Part shown: positions 61,777 through 64,000 of the stretch, one piece after another
Layout: every line of letters starts with the position of its first letter
How positions within the stretch are numbered: position 1 is the stretch's first letter
Made by a program: the position numbers and the translations under genes
The notes under the pieces: generated by a model
What the model was told of the DNA's origin: nothing
Databases searched by the model: none
What the model saw: only the letters and a program-made list of their open reading frames with translations
NCBI GenBank assembly: GCA_030649895.1
Contig: JAUSEX010000026.1
Span: 16,823 to 80,822, forward strand
Length of the DNA stretch: 64,000 nt
Reading direction: 5' to 3'
Source of the DNA: Candidatus Omnitrophota bacterium
GTDB taxonomy: Bacteria > Omnitrophota > Gorgyraeia > Gorgyraeales > Gorgyraeaceae

Positions 61777-61805
61777 TTGCATATTATATCATACTATGCT
61801 ATTAT
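61777..61805 (+). promoter_or_regulatory. Predicted rpmB promoter
   Basis: TTGCAT-N17-TATTAT with TG extension; AAGGAG RBS downstream. Confidence 0.55.
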
Positions 61806-61842
61806 TTTAATCTCAATAACTTAAAAATAAAAGGAGCTTTAC

Positions 61843-62070
61843 ATGTCAAAGGTTTGCGAAATATGCGGAAAAAGACCTGCTGCAGGAAGAACTATTGCGC
61901 GAAGAGGCCTTGCTAAATCAAAAGGCGGAGTAGGCTTAAAGATCACCGGAGTAAATATAAGAAGGTTTATGCCTAATTTGCAGGTTGCTAAGATCATTAC
62001 AAAAGGAACCGTTAAAAGAATAAAGATATGCACCGGCTGCCTTAGGGCCGGAAAAGTTCAGAAGGCTTAA
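61843..62070 (+). CDS. rpmB: 50S ribosomal protein L28
   Basis: CEICGK..RRF.PNLQ..KICTGCLR; carries an RRGLAKSKGGVG insertion. Confidence 0.96.
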   Translation: MSKVCEICGKRPAAGRTIARRGLAKSKGGVGLKITGVNIRRFMPNLQVAKIITKGTVKRIKICTGCLRAGKVQKA

Positions 62071-63757
62071 TATCCTCTATCTTCAGCTGAATAGTATTTG
62101 TTCCTTGCCAATTATTAATTGAAACCGTATAAGCCATATCAAAGCTGGAATGATTTTTCAGTATGAGCTCTATATCTCCGTCTTTGGCCATCCCAAAGCC
62201 TATTGTTTCAATTTTTTTTACGCCGTCCGTAACCTGAAATTTTATATGCTCCCCCTTCAATACCCTGACCGGCTGGGCTAACTTGAGATTTCTGGAACAG
62301 AATACCGGTTCAGGATTCCCTTCTCCAAAAGGCTCTAATATTGCTATATCATTTACTGTTTTATAATCCAACAGGCTCAGTTCTATATCCATATCAATAG
62401 ACAAAGACTGGATCAGGTCTTCTGTTGCCATGGCTCCGACAGCCAATTCATTTATAAATTTTATAAATCCGGGAAGATTTTCTTCAAGTATGGTCAGGCC
62501 GCAGGCATATTGATGGCCTCCGTATTCTTTCAAAAATTCTCCGCAGCTAGTAAGCGCTTCAAATAAATGGAAATTTTCAATAGACCTCCCGGAACCTCTT
62601 CCTATGCCATTTTTAGTAGAAATAAGAATTGCGGGCCTGTTAAATTTATCAGATATCCTGGAAGCCACGATACCCATCACCCCTGTATGCCAATCTTCAT
62701 TATGGAGCACTATTACCCTATGATCTTTGAAATTTATATCTCTCTCTATTTTAGATATCGCCTCTTTTAAAGTATTCTTTTCTATTTTTTGCCTTTCCTG
62801 GTTTGCCTCATTTAATTTCTTCGCAAGCCCCCTTGCCTTTTCATCATCATCCGTCAGCAAAAGCTCGACTGCCGTGCCTGCAGAACCAAGCCTTCCGGCT
62901 GCATTTATTCTGGGGCCTAAAATAAAGCCTATTTCAAAAGCTCCTATTTTATCTTTTTTAATGCCGCTTACTTCAATAAGAGCCTTTATCCCTTTATTGG
63001 AACCCGGGCCTTTTAACAACTTTAAACCCTCTTTAACAAGGATCCTGTTTTCTCCCAGTATAGGGGCTACATCAGAAATAGTGCCAAGCGAAACAAGATC
63101 CAGATGCTTCCAGAAATTCCTGTTATTAAGCTCCGCGCTCAATGCCTGGCATAATTTAAATGCGACGCTTACGCCTGAAAGATTTTTATCAGGATAAGCG
63201 CACGCCTTTTGACGCGGGTTTACTATCGCGTAGGCGCTAGGCAATATTTTTGGAGGTTCATGGTGGTCTGTAACTATGACATCTATACCATGTTTATTCA
63301 AAGCGCCTACCTCTTCATGGCTTGAAATGCCGCAGTCAACCGTTATAACCAGATTTGCCTTTATTCTCACAGCCTCTTCAACGCCGCTTGGACTTAAGCC
63401 GTAACCCTCGGTTAACCTGTCAGGAATATAATAAACAGGTTCTGCGCCGAATTCTTTCAAAGTAAAAAATAAAAGCGCTGTGGCAGTCACGCCATCTACA
63501 TCATAATCCCCGTGTATCAGTATCTTTTCCTTCTCGCTCAGGGCCTTTTTTATGCGAGAAACAGCCTCGTGCATCCCTTCCATCAAAAATGGGTTATAAA
63601 GCTCGGAAAGATTGCTGTTTAGGAACGCTCTTATTTTATCAATATCATATATGCCGCGATTTACCAGCAACTGGGAAATTACAGGAGAAATCGAAAGATT
63701 ATCGCGCAAATGTTTCTGCAGGGCGATATCGGGTTGGCAAATATTCCATCGCTTCAT
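62042..63757 (-). CDS. recJ: ssDNA exonuclease RecJ
   Basis: GDYDVDG, TVDCG, TDHH, PRINAAGR, GSGRS, GGH. Confidence 0.98.
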   Translation of the reverse strand: MKRWNICQPDIALQKHLRDNLSISPVISQLLVNRGIYDIDKIRAFLNSNLSELYNPFLMEGMHEAVSRIKKALSEKEKILIHGDYDVDGVTATALLFFTLKEFGAEPVYYIPDRLTEGYGLSPSGVEEAVRIKANLVITVDCGISSHEEVGALNKHGIDVIVTDHHEPPKILPSAYAIVNPRQKACAYPDKNLSGVSVAFKLCQALSAELNNRNFWKHLDLVSLGTISDVAPILGENRILVKEGLKLLKGPGSNKGIKALIEVSGIKKDKIGAFEIGFILGPRINAAGRLGSAGTAVELLLTDDDEKARGLAKKLNEANQERQKIEKNTLKEAISKIERDINFKDHRVIVLHNEDWHTGVMGIVASRISDKFNRPAILISTKNGIGRGSGRSIENFHLFEALTSCGEFLKEYGGHQYACGLTILEENLPGFIKFINELAVGAMATEDLIQSLSIDMDIELSLLDYKTVNDIAILEPFGEGNPEPVFCSRNLKLAQPVRVLKGEHIKFQVTDGVKKIETIGFGMAKDGDIELILKNHSSFDMAYTVSINNWQGTNTIQLKIEDIKPSELFRP

Positions 63758-64000
63758 GGTAGCTGTTTATGGCTGAGAGGCTCTACATGCACAATCACAT
63801 CTGTAATTCCTGGTATCTTTTCTTTCAGGGCATTGCTTATCCTGTGACTAAGCTCGTGCGCAGCGTCAACGTGCATGCTCGTATTAACTGTTACGTGAAG
63901 ATCCACATGCACATCATCTTCTCTTCCTCTAGCCCTTATTTTATGCGTGGATTTAACCCCGGATACCCCGTTTACTACTTTCTCTATCTTTGCTTTTTCA
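63754..64000 (-). CDS. Cation diffusion facilitator, C-terminal domain (partial)
   Basis: HKIRARG..DDVHVDLHVTV..M.V..AHELS..DVIVHVEP; the TGA overlaps the recJ ATG. Confidence 0.85.
   Translation of the reverse strand, partial: EKAKIEKVVNGVSGVKSTHKIRARGREDDVHVDLHVTVNTSMHVDAAHELSHRISNALKEKIPGITDVIVHVEPLSHKQLP

Overview
Bacterial chromosomal window of moderate GC with almost all genes on the minus strand. The L28 insertion and gene content suggest the PVC superphylum, possibly Omnitrophota (inference). Contents from left to right: a peptide ABC transporter; secG-tpiA-pgk; a ~12 kb alpha-glucan/glycogen block (four GH57 paralogues, glgA, GT4, DUF4912, DUF2934, stand-alone CBM48, NarL-type regulator and a sensor-less kinase) between pgk and gap; two tandem GalT-like genes, one lacking the catalytic His; fmt/def; priA, udg, xerD and ligA; tRNA-Pro(CGG); rmuC; a short YdbH plus a YnbE-YdbL fusion; an FMN-riboswitch-controlled rib/nusB operon containing a PHP phosphoesterase; thrC-hom-PilZ-tRNA-Pro(GGG); gpsA; a T2SS/pseudopilus cluster with no secretin; the fab/plsX/rpmF cluster; ackA-pta-coaD-rsmD-recG; a radical SAM gene; rpmB; recJ; and a partial CDF transporter. 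No prophage, transposase or CRISPR array was seen. The most unusual layer is non-coding. Many intergenic gaps hold short palindromic elements from several recurrent families, some nested inside one another, and members of the same families are inserted in frame into proteins (Fmt, FabD, RsmD, two GH57s, DUF4912). All calls come from reading the sequence and ORF track by eye; no database search was run.
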